A stretch of DNA of 64,000 nucleotides from an uncultured Lachnospiraceae bacterium (GCA_900546495.1 URDN01000005.1:16631-80630), one strand, 5' to 3'. Positions 49,228 to 61,278 are shown, numbered from the stretch's first letter. Translations and numbers: made by a program. The notes: a model not told the origin generated them from the sequence alone.

Positions 49228-50739
49228 ATGATTACTTATACTCAGCAGGATTATCTGAATACTCTGGCAGACGCCGATCTTGTGAAAGACAGCAATCTGT
49301 ACGGTCATGCTGCCGATTCCGTTCAGGGATTAACTTACAATTCCAAAGAAGCGGCATCTGGAACATTATTTGTCTGTAAAGGAGCGGCTTTCCGCCCGGA
49401 ATATCTGGCAGATGCCATAGCACATGGCGCTACCCTGTACGTCAGCGAACAGAAATTTGATCTGGATACAGAAATTCCTTATATTTTAGTTTCTGATGTC
49501 AGAAAAGCAATGCCGTACCTTGGCAAACTCTTCTACAACGATCCGTCCAAAGACCTGAACCTGATCGGTGTCGGCGGAACCAAAGGGAAATCTACTACTG
49601 CTTATTATGTAAAAGCCATCGTGGACGACTATATGGCAAGCCTCGGCAAAAAAGAGAGCGCTGTCATCTCTTCCATCGATGTGTATGACGGTGTAACCAA
49701 AGTGGAATCCCACATCACGACACCGGAAAACATCGAGCTGATGCAGCATTTTCGCAACGCCGTAGATTCCGATATTGATTTTCTGGAAATGGAAGTATCC
49801 AGTCAGGCATTAAAATATGGACGTGTAGAACAGATTATGTTTGATGCCGCAATCTTCCTGAATATTTCCGAAGATCATATCAGCCCGATCGAACATCCGG
49901 ATTTTGAAGATTACTTTTCTTCCAAATTAAAAATGTTTGCTCAGACCAAAAATGCACTGATCAACACAAATTCTGATTATTTTGAGCGTGTCGCTGAAGC
50001 CGCAAAAGTTGCTCCAAACGTCATTACTTTTGGCACGAATGAAGGCAGTGACATTTATGGCTATGATATTGAGAAAGTAGATCACGAAATTCTCTTCCGT
50101 GTAAAATGCGACCGCTTCGATGAAGCATTCGCACTGACCATGCCGGGACTGTTTAACGTAGAGAATGCTCTGGCTGCCATCGCTGCCGCTTATGTATTCA
50201 ATATTCCAGTAGAATTTATGAAATCCGGTTTGCATCGTGCACGTTCTTCAGGAAGAATGGAAACTTACATGTCCGCAGACAAAAATGTCATCGCAGTTGT
50301 CGACTATGCACATAACAAATTAAGCTTTGACAAACTCTTCTCTTCCACCAGAAAAGAGTACCCGGATTACGATATTATTTCTATTTTCGGATGCCCGGGT
50401 AAAAAAGCATTTATCCGCCGCCGTGACCTTGGAACCATCGCTGGCTTGTACTCTAAAAAAGTATATCTGGTTGCAGAGGATCCGGGTGCTGAACCGGTAG
50501 AACAGATTTCCAAAGACATTGCGCAGTATGTAGAAGCACAGCATTGTCCATATGAAATGATCGAAGATCGTGGAGAAGCTATCCATAAAGCGATCATGGA
50601 AGCTGAAGGAAAAACCATTTTACTGATTACAGGAAAAGGAAACGAAACCCGTCAGAAATACGGTACTGAATATTTGGATTGCCCGTCTGATGTCGAATAT
50701 ACAAAAAAATATCTGGCTGAGTACGATGCTGTTCACTGA
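49228..50739 (+). CDS. murE: UDP-N-acetylmuramoyl-tripeptide synthetase (MurE family, non-mDAP-type motif)
   Basis: GTKGKSTT, TTPE, MEVSSQ, NISEDHISPIEH..FEDY, DYAHN, ITGKG; EDPG (nt 50476-50487) where mDAP ligases have DNPR. Confidence 0.88.
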   Translation: MITYTQQDYLNTLADADLVKDSNLYGHAADSVQGLTYNSKEAASGTLFVCKGAAFRPEYLADAIAHGATLYVSEQKFDLDTEIPYILVSDVRKAMPYLGKLFYNDPSKDLNLIGVGGTKGKSTTAYYVKAIVDDYMASLGKKESAVISSIDVYDGVTKVESHITTPENIELMQHFRNAVDSDIDFLEMEVSSQALKYGRVEQIMFDAAIFLNISEDHISPIEHPDFEDYFSSKLKMFAQTKNALINTNSDYFERVAEAAKVAPNVITFGTNEGSDIYGYDIEKVDHEILFRVKCDRFDEAFALTMPGLFNVENALAAIAAAYVFNIPVEFMKSGLHRARSSGRMETYMSADKNVIAVVDYAHNKLSFDKLFSSTRKEYPDYDIISIFGCPGKKAFIRRRDLGTIAGLYSKKVYLVAEDPGAEPVEQISKDIAQYVEAQHCPYEMIEDRGEAIHKAIMEAEGKTILLITGKGNETRQKYGTEYLDCPSDVEYTKKYLAEYDAVH

Positions 50740-50832
50740 GTTTTTTAACTGACAATGCTCGAATGAAAAACAGGAAATGTAAATGAATTAAAATGTACTC
50801 ACCTGACAAATACTTTCTGTTTATAGAATAAC

Positions 50833-50886
50833 AAAAAAGCAATTGGTAAAGACTGTTATACTAACATTCTTACCAATTGCTTTTTT
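50833..50886. terminator. Bidirectional terminator between convergent genes
   Basis: AAAAAAGCAATTGGTAA ... TTACCAATTGCTTTTTT (17-bp arms). Confidence 0.8.
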
Positions 50887-50921
50887 ATTAACTGTTTATC
50901 TCAAGAATTCTATCACTTTTG

Positions 50922-52169
50922 CTATTTGGCATCAGAATCTGCTCCATCTTGTGTATCTGAATCTGTCGTAGAAGTCGGATAATAGATATAATTACATTTC
51001 AGCACTTCACTGGACAATCCATTATCATCAATTGCAACCAGAGACAATACATTATTTCCTTCCGGAATATCAAGTACACCGCGATATACAGAAGAATTGC
51101 TGGTTGGTGTACTGCCGTCCCAGGTATAATATACCGTTGTTCCGGATGGAACTGTTACATGTACGGATTTCTGTTCATGATAGGTTCCGCCATCCGGTGA
51201 TACTGATGGCATATCCGGCGCATCTAATTCAACATTATACTCCGCGGATACCGGTTCACTGTACTTGCCATTTTTATCTATAGAGATTGCGGTAAGTGTT
51301 GTCTTACCTTGCTCATCAATATGAATCGGGTCCTCGTACTTTTCATCAGAATCAGTCGGCACGCTTCCATCCAGAGTATAATAAATATCAATTCCCTTAC
51401 CCTCTACAGAAAGCGTCACTTCCAGAAATTCATTGTAGTTGCCGCCCTCTTTATCTATTTCCGGAGCAGCAAGCAGATACCGGTCAAACAGGGACAATAT
51501 CTTACTGTCTGTCACCTTACTCTTTAATGCAAGAATCTGATCATAAGAATTATTACTGTCGTACAAGCTCAGCAGCTGTTCATAAGCCTTTTGACAGCTT
51601 GGATTATGATCGATCACCCACAATAAAACAGTTTCTGCTTTCGTATCCTGTTTCATCAGAATATAAATCTGTCCTTCCAGAATCAATGCATCTTCATTTT
51701 CGTAATCCAGCTGCAACGCATGTTCTGCGTACTGAAGCGCATTGGTATAATTTTTCTGATTTAATGCCTCTTCTGCCTTTTTCAGCTGATAACTTACGGA
51801 ATTACTGTGATTGTACTGCAGCACACCAAAAGCTACAGCCAATGCAGCAATCAAAAGTATGAGAAGAATCACCAATGTCTTTCTGGCTTTCTTCCGCTTC
51901 TTTTCCAACATCCGCCTTTTCTTTTTTTCCAAAGAGCCAGAAGACGTTCTGGAACTATGCGATTTCTGAGCCGTCTCCTGAGCTTCTTTTTCTGTATTCA
52001 CTGACTGGTCATTATTCTTTCTGCTATATGCGTCTTCCTCTTCCAACATGGAACGAAGCAGATCATCTTCTAATATATTGATTTCTGTTACAATCTGTGC
52101 TTCCTGTCCGCAATTAGAGCAGTATACACAGCCCGGGCGAATTTCTGCACCACACTTCGCACATTTCAT
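50922..52169 (-). CDS. Zinc-ribbon / TM / TPR / tandem Fn3-associated (chitobiase C-terminal-like) membrane protein
   Basis: CAKC..CSNC N-terminus, basic stretch plus TM, TPR-like helices, two repeats IYYTLDGSVPT / VYYTWDGSTPT. Confidence 0.8.
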   Translation of the reverse strand: MKCAKCGAEIRPGCVYCSNCGQEAQIVTEINILEDDLLRSMLEEEDAYSRKNNDQSVNTEKEAQETAQKSHSSRTSSGSLEKKKRRMLEKKRKKARKTLVILLILLIAALAVAFGVLQYNHSNSVSYQLKKAEEALNQKNYTNALQYAEHALQLDYENEDALILEGQIYILMKQDTKAETVLLWVIDHNPSCQKAYEQLLSLYDSNNSYDQILALKSKVTDSKILSLFDRYLLAAPEIDKEGGNYNEFLEVTLSVEGKGIDIYYTLDGSVPTDSDEKYEDPIHIDEQGKTTLTAISIDKNGKYSEPVSAEYNVELDAPDMPSVSPDGGTYHEQKSVHVTVPSGTTVYYTWDGSTPTSNSSVYRGVLDIPEGNNVLSLVAIDDNGLSSEVLKCNYIYYPTSTTDSDTQDGADSDAK

Positions 52170-52180
52170 GTTCTGTCCTC

Positions 52181-53017
52181 TTAGCGCATTGTCTCTACAC
52201 AGTTATCCATCAACATTGCAATCGTCATTGGTCCTACACCACCAGGAACCGGTGTGATCGCGCTTACATGCGGCTCTACAGCATCAAAATCTACGTCTCC
52301 GCATAATTTTTTGCCTTCCAGACGATGAATTCCGACATCAATTACAACCGCACCTTCTTTTACATATTCCTCGTTGATAAATTTTGGTTTTCCGATCGCA
52401 ACGATCAGGATATCTGCCTGCTTACACACCTCTTTCAAATTCTTTGTTCTGGAATGTGTAACCGTAACCGTTGCATTTTCACGAAGCATCAACATTGCCA
52501 TTGGTTTTCCAACAATATTACTTCTGCCAACGATCACACAGTTTTTTCCTTCCATTTCCACACCGGAACGTTTCATCAGCTGAATGACACCCGCAGGTGT
52601 ACATGGTAAAAATCCTTTGCTTCCAATCATCAGTGCTCCTGCACTCTGTGGATGAAATCCATCTACATCTTTGGATGGATCAATGGCAAGAATTACCTTC
52701 TCCTCATCAATATGAGCCGGAAGCGGAAGCTGCACCAGAATTCCGTGTACTTCTTCCTTCTGATTCAGTTCCTGAATCAAAGCCAGCAGTTCTTCTTCGG
52801 TGGTTTCCTCCGGTAATTCATAGGACTCTGATCCGATTCCGATATATGCACATGCGTTTTTCTTATTGCGTACATATACGCTGGATGCCGGATCTGCCCC
52901 TACCTGAACAACTGCTAAAGAAGCAGTCTTCCCCTGCTGTGCCAAAGCTGCTACTTCTGCTTTTAATTCATCTTTTATCTCCTGAGAAATTCTTTTCCCA
53001 TCAATCAATTTTGCCAT
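52181..53017 (-). CDS. folD: Bifunctional methylenetetrahydrofolate dehydrogenase/cyclohydrolase
   Basis: YVRNK, GILVQLPLP, KDVDGFHP, PCTP, GRSNIVGKP, ITPVPGGVGPMT. Confidence 0.97.
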   Translation of the reverse strand: MAKLIDGKRISQEIKDELKAEVAALAQQGKTASLAVVQVGADPASSVYVRNKKNACAYIGIGSESYELPEETTEEELLALIQELNQKEEVHGILVQLPLPAHIDEEKVILAIDPSKDVDGFHPQSAGALMIGSKGFLPCTPAGVIQLMKRSGVEMEGKNCVIVGRSNIVGKPMAMLMLRENATVTVTHSRTKNLKEVCKQADILIVAIGKPKFINEEYVKEGAVVIDVGIHRLEGKKLCGDVDFDAVEPHVSAITPVPGGVGPMTIAMLMDNCVETMR

Positions 53018-53066
53018 TCTGCTATGTTGCCTCCAAATCACTTTTATTACATTTAACTTCTGCTGA

Positions 53067-53118
53067 TTCTCACAGTTTGAACGCAGTCGCTTTGCGACCT
53101 GCGTTCAAACTGTGAGAA
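53067..53118. repeat. Long palindrome containing the family A core hairpin ('empty' form)
   Basis: TTCTCACAGTTTGAACGCAGTCGC-TTT-GCGACCTGCGTTCAAACTGTGAGAA; 24-bp arms with one bulged base, between fhs and folD. Confidence 0.92.
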
Positions 53119-53132
53119 CGATAAAAATCATT

Positions 53133-54803
<1,671 letters not shown>

Positions 54804-55059
54804 TAGTATATACCTCCTATTAACTTATAATTGAACAAAATGTTCCAAACAACTTTAACTTTCAAATATATGATAGCCGGTTTTTAACCACGCTCTTGTT
54901 CATTTGATTCTTTCCAAAAAGCATCCGATACGTGTTTTTGGATTTTGAATATATTCGAGTCGAAGGCACATAAGACCTGGTGGGGAATTCTAGTCAGCAT
55001 AAGCTGACATATTCTTCTCAGAATCACTGCACTCTACACTTCTCCTTCCTACAGCGTAT

Positions 55060-57795
55060 CTACTCATCACTTCCGCTTAGTACCTGCCGAAATTCTTCCA
55101 GACTCATCAGCACCCGCCGCGGCTTGGTTCCTTCTTCCGGTCCAACCACACCAGCTTCTTCCAGCTGATCCATAATGCGCGCTGCACGGTTAAATCCAAT
55201 CTTGAACATACGCTGCAGCATACCGATGGAACCTTTTTCTTTTTCTATGATAAACTTTCCGGCATCTGCAAAGTACGCATCCCTGGCATCTGCCGTATTC
55301 GTAAATCCACTGCCATTTCCAATACTGCTCTCGGAAGTATTTACTTTTTCCTCGACTTCTGCATTATAAGCTACTTGACCATTTTTTTCAATAATATATT
55401 CTACCACATCCGACACTTCTTTGTCTGTAACAAAAGCACCCTGTACACGCAATGGCTTCTGATAGTTCTGCGGGTAGAACAGCATATCACCTTTTCCAAG
55501 CAGTTTTTCCGCACCGTTCATATCCAGAATCGTTCTGGAATCTACACCGGAAGTCACGGCAAACGCAATACGTGACGGCATATTTGCCTTGATCAGGCCG
55601 GTAATAACATTGACGGACGGACGCTGTGTGGCAATAACCAGATGCATGCCTGCTGCACGGGCAAGCTGTGCCAGACGACAGATTGCATCCTCAACATCAT
55701 TGGAAGCTACCATCATCAGATCTGCCAGCTCGTCTACGATAATGACGATCTGTGGCATTTTCTTCGGTTTGTCCTCTCCTGGAAGATCCTGAATGGACTC
55801 TACTTTCTTATTATAGCCTTTCATGTCACGAACACCGTACTTCTGAAAAGTCTGATACCGCTCCATCATCTCAGAAACTGCCCAGTGAAGCGCACCGGCA
55901 GCTTTCTTCGGATCGGTCACAACCGGAATCAGAAGATGTGGAATTCCATTATACACACTCAATTCAACAACTTTCGGATCGATCATGATCAGTTTTACTT
56001 CGTCTGGTTTTGCCTTATATAAAATACTCATAATAATCGTATTGATACATACGGATTTACCGGAACCGGTAGCACCTGCGATCAGCAAATGCGGCATCTT
56101 GGCAATATCTGCCACAATGACATGACCTGCGATATCCTTTCCGGTACAGAATGAGATCTTCGATGCATGATCCTGAAACTCTCTGGATTCCACCAGGTCC
56201 CGGAACGGGATTGTCACATTTTCCTTGTTTGGTACTTCAATACCGATGGCTGATTTTCCCGGAATCGGTGCTTCAAAACGAATATCCGGAACTGCCAGGT
56301 TCAACTTGATATCATCTGCCAGTCCAAGGATTTTACTTACCTTTACCCCCATCTCCGGCTGAATCTCATACTGTGTGACTGTAGGACCGCAGATTACGTT
56401 CGTCACGCGCGCATTTACACCAAAATTCGTCAGTGTCATCTGAAGTTTGGCGGACATTTCCTGCAAATGCTGTCTGGAATCACCGGTCTGATTCGGATCA
56501 CCTTTCTGCAAGAGGGAAACTTCCGGGAATACATATGCCCGTACATGTTCCTCTCCCGCATGTTCTGCGATCTCCTCACGCACATCGGTAACTTCCTGTT
56601 CCACCTGCTCTGCAGACTGTTTTGGCTGACCACGGTGATGTGATTTTTTCTTCAACTCCGGTTCCGGCTGTGATATTCCTGCCGCTTCCGAACCGGCATC
56701 ATCCCGCCTTGGAGTCCTCGGCTGTGTCGTTTCTCTGACCGGTTTCTGACCTTCCAAATAAGGATTCTGCTCCCCGGATAAATGAATCTCCGGCTGCGGA
56801 TGCTGCGCCCAAAAGTCATCCGACTGCACCTGGGTGATATCCTCCGACTCCGTCACCGGCATCTGCACCGTTGCAGCTGTTTTACGCTTCTTCTCCGCAC
56901 CTGCCTTCGGATTACTTCCGACAACCACCTCTTCTCCGATCGGATCCTGCGGATTCAGAGACAATTCACTCATATTCTCCGTCACTTTTTCTTCTTTTCG
57001 TGGACGAATCTTTGTATCCAATGCCACACCACTGACTTTTCGGTTCATACGACGTTCTTTTTTTCTGTCATTTCCCGCTGTCTGCTCTCTCTGAGACTGA
57101 CGTTCACGGCTTCTCTCCTGCGCTGCCGCTCTTCTGCGTGCCGCATCTGAACGTGCAGATTCGTAGACGTGTCTGCTGCCTCTTGATACGCCTTTAAAAA
57201 AGGATTTTTCCGTCAGAAGCACCACTGCGATCACCATGATCAGGATATCTAACAGCACTGCTCCCATCATGCCGAAGCATTTAGAAAATCCAATCCCGAT
57301 CAGTCCTCCAATCAGTCCTCCACCGGTCTTTGAGGAAGCACACTCTATATACAATTGTGTAACTTTTCCCGGCACCTGATCCCACCAGCAGACAATATGT
57401 GCAAAAACGCACAAAAAAACGAACAGCAGGATTCCTGCCGTCGCTTTCATGATCGCTCTCCCGGAATATGTATATCCGTTTCGTGTCCGCTGCCGGTTCG
57501 ATACCATAAATGCCGGTATCAAAAATACCGGTATCGGAAAAATATAAGCCAGTACACCAAACATTCCAAAAGAAAATGTACTTAATGCATTTCCCACAAT
57601 TCCGCCTTTTCCAATATTTCCGATAAAAAGCAGAATCGCAAAGGCCAGAAATGCAAAAAGCAACAATTCTGCACGCCATGTAAATGTCGGTGCAGAACTG
57701 CTATTTTTTCTTCCGTTTGTTGAACTTTTTCTGCCGGAAGTCTTCTTTCCGGATGTCTTCTTTCTGGTATGTGTCGTCTTTTTCTGAGTTACCAT
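55060..57795 (-). CDS. ftsK: FtsK/SpoIIIE DNA translocase
   Basis: N-terminal TM domain, long linker, PHLLIAGATGSGKS, DELADLM, ATQRPS, gamma domain LQRMFKIGFNRAARIMDQLE. Confidence 0.96.
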   Translation of the reverse strand: MVTQKKTTHTRKKTSGKKTSGRKSSTNGRKNSSSAPTFTWRAELLLFAFLAFAILLFIGNIGKGGIVGNALSTFSFGMFGVLAYIFPIPVFLIPAFMVSNRQRTRNGYTYSGRAIMKATAGILLFVFLCVFAHIVCWWDQVPGKVTQLYIECASSKTGGGLIGGLIGIGFSKCFGMMGAVLLDILIMVIAVVLLTEKSFFKGVSRGSRHVYESARSDAARRRAAAQERSRERQSQREQTAGNDRKKERRMNRKVSGVALDTKIRPRKEEKVTENMSELSLNPQDPIGEEVVVGSNPKAGAEKKRKTAATVQMPVTESEDITQVQSDDFWAQHPQPEIHLSGEQNPYLEGQKPVRETTQPRTPRRDDAGSEAAGISQPEPELKKKSHHRGQPKQSAEQVEQEVTDVREEIAEHAGEEHVRAYVFPEVSLLQKGDPNQTGDSRQHLQEMSAKLQMTLTNFGVNARVTNVICGPTVTQYEIQPEMGVKVSKILGLADDIKLNLAVPDIRFEAPIPGKSAIGIEVPNKENVTIPFRDLVESREFQDHASKISFCTGKDIAGHVIVADIAKMPHLLIAGATGSGKSVCINTIIMSILYKAKPDEVKLIMIDPKVVELSVYNGIPHLLIPVVTDPKKAAGALHWAVSEMMERYQTFQKYGVRDMKGYNKKVESIQDLPGEDKPKKMPQIVIIVDELADLMMVASNDVEDAICRLAQLARAAGMHLVIATQRPSVNVITGLIKANMPSRIAFAVTSGVDSRTILDMNGAEKLLGKGDMLFYPQNYQKPLRVQGAFVTDKEVSDVVEYIIEKNGQVAYNAEVEEKVNTSESSIGNGSGFTNTADARDAYFADAGKFIIEKEKGSIGMLQRMFKIGFNRAARIMDQLEEAGVVGPEEGTKPRRVLMSLEEFRQVLSGSDE

Positions 57796-57825
57796 ATAAC
57801 ACCTTTCTCTATATACTTCCCAACC

Positions 57826-58701
57826 TTATGCGGTAACAAAATAACCAATGATCGAAACGATACCGACGATCAGACAGTAGATTGAGAAAAATTTAAATTT
57901 TCTTTTTTTCACAATGACAAGCGTTGTTTTAATACAAATATAACCAACCACGGCTGCAACTACCATACCAACTGCATAATGGATCAAATCGGTACGCACC
58001 AATGCTTCACTGCCAATATCCTTTAACTGCAGCACCATTGCTCCAAGGATTGCCGGAATCGACATAATAAAGGAATACTTTACTGCAAACTTACGATCCA
58101 GACCGTTCATCACACAGGCTGTAATCGTCGTTCCGGAGCGGGACAGTCCCGGCAACGTCGCAATCCCCTGGCAGATACCAATAATAAAAGCATTGGCATA
58201 ACTGGTCTGTTTTGGTTTCTTGTGTCCTTCCGGTATCCGGTCACAGACAAACAGTAAAGCTGCTGTAATGATAAGGCAGATTCCCGGAACGATCAGCACC
58301 TCGGAAGCTGCTGTCACCAGATCTGCGCCTACATAGCCGATAATGCCCGTCGGTATCGTCGACACGATCACAAGCATCACCATTTTGCGGTAACTGTTAT
58401 ATATCACATGACGATATGCACCGTCTTTTCCTCTCAGTTTCCGGATCCAGGTCACCAGATTATAGCCGCCGTCGATCAGCATGCCGACAAATTCGATCAC
58501 CAGTCGAACGATATCTTTGTAATACACAATACAGATTGCCACCAATGTTCCCACATGAAGCATAACATCAAACAGCAGACCTGTCTCTGTATTCACATCA
58601 AATAATATTTTAAAAATTGCCAGATGACCGGAGCTGCTGACCGGCAGAAATTCTGTCAGCCCCTGAATCAGTCCCATCAGTATGGATTGTAACAATGACA
58701 T
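57826..58701 (-). CDS. uppP: Undecaprenyl-diphosphate phosphatase (BacA)
   Basis: QGLTEFLPVSSSGH, PGLSRSG. Confidence 0.95.
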   Translation of the reverse strand: MSLLQSILMGLIQGLTEFLPVSSSGHLAIFKILFDVNTETGLLFDVMLHVGTLVAICIVYYKDIVRLVIEFVGMLIDGGYNLVTWIRKLRGKDGAYRHVIYNSYRKMVMLVIVSTIPTGIIGYVGADLVTAASEVLIVPGICLIITAALLFVCDRIPEGHKKPKQTSYANAFIIGICQGIATLPGLSRSGTTITACVMNGLDRKFAVKYSFIMSIPAILGAMVLQLKDIGSEALVRTDLIHYAVGMVVAAVVGYICIKTTLVIVKKRKFKFFSIYCLIVGIVSIIGYFVTA

Positions 58702-58826
58702 TGCACATGCCCCCATCTTTCGTATCAGTATCACAGGTTCTTTTTCCTGTGCCTGTATATCATATCATACTTTCCAAAAGATGTCATCTGTGTTTTTTAT
58801 TTTTTCGAACATATATTCTGTTGTGC

Positions 58827-59504
58827 TTATATCCGATCATCATTGATCATAAAATGCAGGCGGCGCACGGCATCATTGATTCCACCCACTTCGTTAATAA
58901 TGCCTTCTTCTACTGCCTGATGCCCCACCAGTATCGTTCCCAAATCCTTTGTCAGCATGCTTGTATTCAGCATCAGTTCCTCGATCCGTTCCTTTTTCAC
59001 CATACAGTGAGACGCGATAAATCCGGTAATGCGATCCTGCATCTGTTGAAAATACTCATACGTCTGTGGTGCACCGATCACCGTTCCACTCATCCGCACC
59101 GGATGGATCACCATGGTTCCTGTCGGCACGATATAGGAATAATCTGCTGCCACAGCCAGAGGCACACCGATAGAATGGCTGCCTCCAAGCACCAGAGAAA
59201 CCACCGGTTTGCTCATGGATGCAATCATCTCTGCGATCGCCAGTCCAGACTCCACATCACCGCCTACGGTATTCAAAAGCACCAGCAGACCATCCACGTT
59301 TCGATCATCCTCTGCCTCTGCCAGTTTTGGAAGCACATGCTCATATTTCGTCGTCTTCGTATTTGCCGACAGACATTCATGCCCTTCCACCTCACCAATA
59401 ATAGAAAGCAGCTGAATGTTATGCTGCTGCCGGTTTTCATTTAACTCTATCTGACCATATTCTTTGATTTCTTCATTTTCCAGGGATTTTTTCTCTGACA
59501 TCAC
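58827..59504 (-). CDS. tepA: ClpP-like peptidase, TepA family
   Basis: IGEVEGH, TTKYEHVLP, LNTVGGDVESG, LGGSHSIG, HPVR; upstream of ftsK/spoIIIE as in spore formers. Confidence 0.85.
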   Translation of the reverse strand: MMSEKKSLENEEIKEYGQIELNENRQQHNIQLLSIIGEVEGHECLSANTKTTKYEHVLPKLAEAEDDRNVDGLLVLLNTVGGDVESGLAIAEMIASMSKPVVSLVLGGSHSIGVPLAVAADYSYIVPTGTMVIHPVRMSGTVIGAPQTYEYFQQMQDRITGFIASHCMVKKERIEELMLNTSMLTKDLGTILVGHQAVEEGIINEVGGINDAVRRLHFMINDDRI

Positions 59505-59582
59505 ACAATTCCTCCATTTTCTATATAGATACGAAATTCAGTTCTCATCTAATATATCTCTTTGAGTATGTGTGATTTCAAA

Positions 59583-59625
59583 AAAAATATGCTCACACAG
59601 AGCCGTTCTGCATGAGCATATTTTT
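59583..59625 (-). terminator. Putative terminator after glgA
   Basis: AAAAATATGCTCA...TGAGCATATTTTT. Confidence 0.7.
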
Positions 59626-59717
59626 ATTTTAACATGTTATTTTGATTATTTTCCAATCGCAATATTTCTGCAAAATTTTGAAGTATCACGCTTCCATCAT
59701 AAAAAACAGAATCAATC

Positions 59718-61166
59718 TTATCCAATCAGATAATTGTACAGACCTTCGTAACGTCCGGCAGATACTCTCCAGGAGAAGTCTTTTGCCATGCCACGGTCTA
59801 CAATCTGATTCCACTGACGCTTCCGTTCAAAGAAAATTGTCTTGGAATAGTTGATGACATTAAGCATATCTTCGCCGTTATAATTTGTAAAGGAGAATCC
59901 TGTACCGGTATTCTCATACTCGTTGTAAGGCTCTACGGTATCTTTCAATCCACCGGTCTCACGTACGATTGGCACTGTTCCATAGCGAAATGCCATCATC
60001 TGTGTCAGACCACACGGTTCAAATCTGGACGGCATCAGGAATGCATCTGCGGATGCGTACAATTTCTGAGCCAGATCAGAATCATAACAAATATTTGCAG
60101 AAACACGGTCACCGTATTTCCAGGCGAAATGGCGGAACATGTTTTCATAACGTTCCTCGCCGGTTCCGATCACAACAAACTGGGTATTGTCATCCAAAAT
60201 CCGTTCAAATACATAATCAACCAGATCCAGACCTTTCTGATCCGTCAGACGGGAAATCAGTCCAATCATATATTTCTTCTTATCTACGGTCAGACCAAGC
60301 ATTTCCTGTAATTTTAATTTATTTTCTACTTTTTTCTTGCGGAAGTTGTCACGATTATAATTTACAAACAGCTTCGGATCGGTCTCCGGGTTGTAAATGT
60401 CGTAATCAATACCGTTTACGATTCCCTGCATATCAAAATGACGTGCGGAGAGCAGTCCGTCCAGTCCTTCTCCATAATATGGTGTCTGAATCTCCTGCGC
60501 GTAAGTATCGCTGACTGTGGTGATATAATCAGCATATACCAGACCACCTTTTAACATATTCGCATCTTTCTGGAACTCCAGCTTATCCGGTGTAAATAAT
60601 TCCTTCGGAAATCCGGTCAGTCCCATCATGGTTTTGACATCCCAGACGCCCTGGAACTTCAGATTATGAATTGTCATGATTGATTTCATACCCCAGAAGA
60701 ACATATCTCCCTGGAATTCTGTTTTCAAAAATACTGGGATCAGTCCTGCCTGCCAGTCATGACAGTGGATAATATCCGGTTGGAAACCGATCTGTGGCAG
60801 CATGGATAATACTGCTTTATCAAAAAATGTAAATTTCTCAATGTCGTAACGGATATCACCATAGGGCAGAAAGCAGTTAAAGTATTCCTGATTATCAATG
60901 AAATAGTATGTGATGCCATCCAGCTCGTATTTTAAAACACCGACATATTTGCTTGGAATGTAAGGACCTGTCCCCATGTAAAAATGTGTTACATACTCAA
61001 ATTTATTCCGGTACTTCTCCGGGATACAGGAATAGTTCGGAATGACTACACGAACATCCCATTCCTTTTTATCAAACTGTTTCGGAAGCGCTCCACATAC
61101 ATCTGCAAGTCCCCCGGTTTTAATAAATGGTACACACTCTGAAGCTGCAAATAAAACCTTTTTCAT
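59718..61166 (-). CDS. glgA: Glycogen synthase
   Basis: KTGGLADV, HCHDWQ, TIHNL, SRL..QKG, PSRFEPCGL, TGGLKDTV. Confidence 0.97.
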   Translation of the reverse strand: MKKVLFAASECVPFIKTGGLADVCGALPKQFDKKEWDVRVVIPNYSCIPEKYRNKFEYVTHFYMGTGPYIPSKYVGVLKYELDGITYYFIDNQEYFNCFLPYGDIRYDIEKFTFFDKAVLSMLPQIGFQPDIIHCHDWQAGLIPVFLKTEFQGDMFFWGMKSIMTIHNLKFQGVWDVKTMMGLTGFPKELFTPDKLEFQKDANMLKGGLVYADYITTVSDTYAQEIQTPYYGEGLDGLLSARHFDMQGIVNGIDYDIYNPETDPKLFVNYNRDNFRKKKVENKLKLQEMLGLTVDKKKYMIGLISRLTDQKGLDLVDYVFERILDDNTQFVVIGTGEERYENMFRHFAWKYGDRVSANICYDSDLAQKLYASADAFLMPSRFEPCGLTQMMAFRYGTVPIVRETGGLKDTVEPYNEYENTGTGFSFTNYNGEDMLNVINYSKTIFFERKRQWNQIVDRGMAKDFSWRVSAGRYEGLYNYLIG

Positions 61167-61278
61167 TCTGAACCCCCTGATTCTCATTCCGGAATCGCTT
61201 CCGGTCTGCATTCAAATTTATTAAAATCATTATACCATAGGAATACTCTCTTGTAAAAGGGCAGTTACAAAAAAAGAA

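Noticed and set aside
54884..55027. 47-codon GTG-start minus-strand ORF between ftsK and fhs (MILRRICQLM...QERG)
   Set aside because: The nearest RBS is about 14 nt away and there is no recognisable motif; it may be chance.
54804..55059. THF or ZTP riboswitch upstream of fhs-folD
   Set aside because: Expected from context, but I could not find the conserved aptamer motifs on the minus strand. A cmscan would settle it.
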